A stretch of 64,000 nucleotides of DNA, taken from assembly GCF_026571515.1 (NCBI RefSeq), contig NW_026865023.1:62001-126000 (forward strand), in the 5' to 3' direction. The notes under the pieces were generated by a model. The model searched no databases and was not told where the DNA came from. It saw only the letters and a list, made by a program, of their open reading frames with translations. Below, piece by piece: positions 63,078-64,000 of this stretch. The position numbers and the translations under genes were made by a program. The stretch's first letter is position 1. Each line of letters starts with the position of its first letter. Source of the DNA: Ruditapes philippinarum (Eukaryota).

Positions 63078-63247
63078 GATTCACTACAGATATATTTTAA
63101 CTCTTTATGTTATATTATTAGTAATCTGAAAGTAGAAAACATTGCTCCAACCTGACCTCACTTAAACCATGAACATTACACTTAAATCTAAAGAACACAT
63201 ATATATTAGAAATTCATAAACAACAAAGCATGCAATATTGGATGGAG

Positions 63248-63740
63248 GTGTTCTGAAGTAAAACCAGGTTACAAACTCTAGAAGGGTTTTATGCCTTGAT
63301 GATTTATAATAAATATTAGTATGGAATCAAAAAGTGATTATTTGCATGAAAAACAGTGACTGCTTATCCAATTGGCCAATTCCAATTCTTATTCCAGGGT
63401 TGTCCACATTTCAGTATGCCTAGACTAAAGCAAGAAACATTAATCTATTTAAATAGCCATGTACTTCAAATAGCCAGACATCAATGCAGCTATAGATATC
63501 CATTATTGTTCTGAAGTACAAACAGGTTATAAACTCTATAAGGGTTTTATGGCTTGATGATTTATAATAAATATTAGTATGGCATCAGAAAAAAAATTAT
63601 TTGCATGAAAAATAAGATCTGCTTATCCATTTGACCTAAATTGGCATTGGATTGTCCACGTTCCAGTATGTCTAGAATAAAGCAAGAAACATGCATCTAT
63701 GTAAATAACTGTGTACTTGAAATAGCCAAACACCAATCTA
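63248..63740. repeat. ~260-bp tandem duplication
   Basis: TGTTCTGAAGTA...AGGTTA...GATGATTTATAATAAATATTAGTATGG...AAATAGCCA occurs at ~63248 and ~63507. Confidence 0.8.
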
Positions 63741-64000
63741 TTTAAATAAAAAGCTGATATAGAATCATTAAAAATAATTGGCTTTTGTCATCATGAATCC
63801 AATAAATGATATTAATTTAGTGATTGTAATTTTTAAGTGCAGATGTAGCCATCACCAAAGCATACTGATACCAGTTATTCTTGCATAAATATGAGTGATA
63901 GGATTACAATATAAACACATAACTGTACAGATACTGTGCATGATTATATGAACATGCATGGTTATATGATTATGATTGGATGCATGAAGTCCGGCACCAC

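Larger units (their letters stand above)
40620..64000 (-). mobile_element. Helentron (endonuclease-encoding Helitron), degenerate; 5' end not seen in the window
   Basis: Minus-strand 3' terminus GTGGGGGTATGAATCGCATTCAGCGATAGTTCTAGTT at 40620-40656. Rep, helicase and APE ORFs at 42152-48846, with in-phase upstream exons at 60293-60396 and 61152-61217. Extent beyond ~61250 is inferred. Confidence 0.8.

Overview
This is AT-rich eukaryotic DNA with spliceosomal introns. The repeat types suggest a mollusc, probably a bivalve (inference). Three host genes are visible: a single-exon Mab-21/cGAS-like receptor (6924-8336 +), a 7-finger C2H2 zinc-finger gene (11392-12153 -) and a METTL2-type tRNA m3C methyltransferase with 9 coding exons (28927-38739 +). 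The probable first exon and promoter of METTL2 lie inside a Mutator-like element. Most of the rest is nested transposons: tRNA-derived SINEs, MITEs, satellite-bearing non-autonomous Helentrons (HINEs), and a 5'-truncated LINE split by two insertions. The right third holds a large degenerate Helentron (23-aa repeats, HUH Rep, PIF1 helicase, APE endonuclease). Its 3' terminus at about 40620 matches the end of a HINE elsewhere in the window. A complete 10.8-kb TTAA-flanked Kolobok-type transposon (49463-60258) sits in an intron of the Helentron gene. Manual splicing of the Kolobok gene gives a DDE transposase, a YqaJ/lambda-exonuclease domain and a C-terminal Spindlin-like Tudor domain. The Tudor exon is absent from the ORF track and is the most notable finding. 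All calls come from reading the sequence by eye; no database searches were run.
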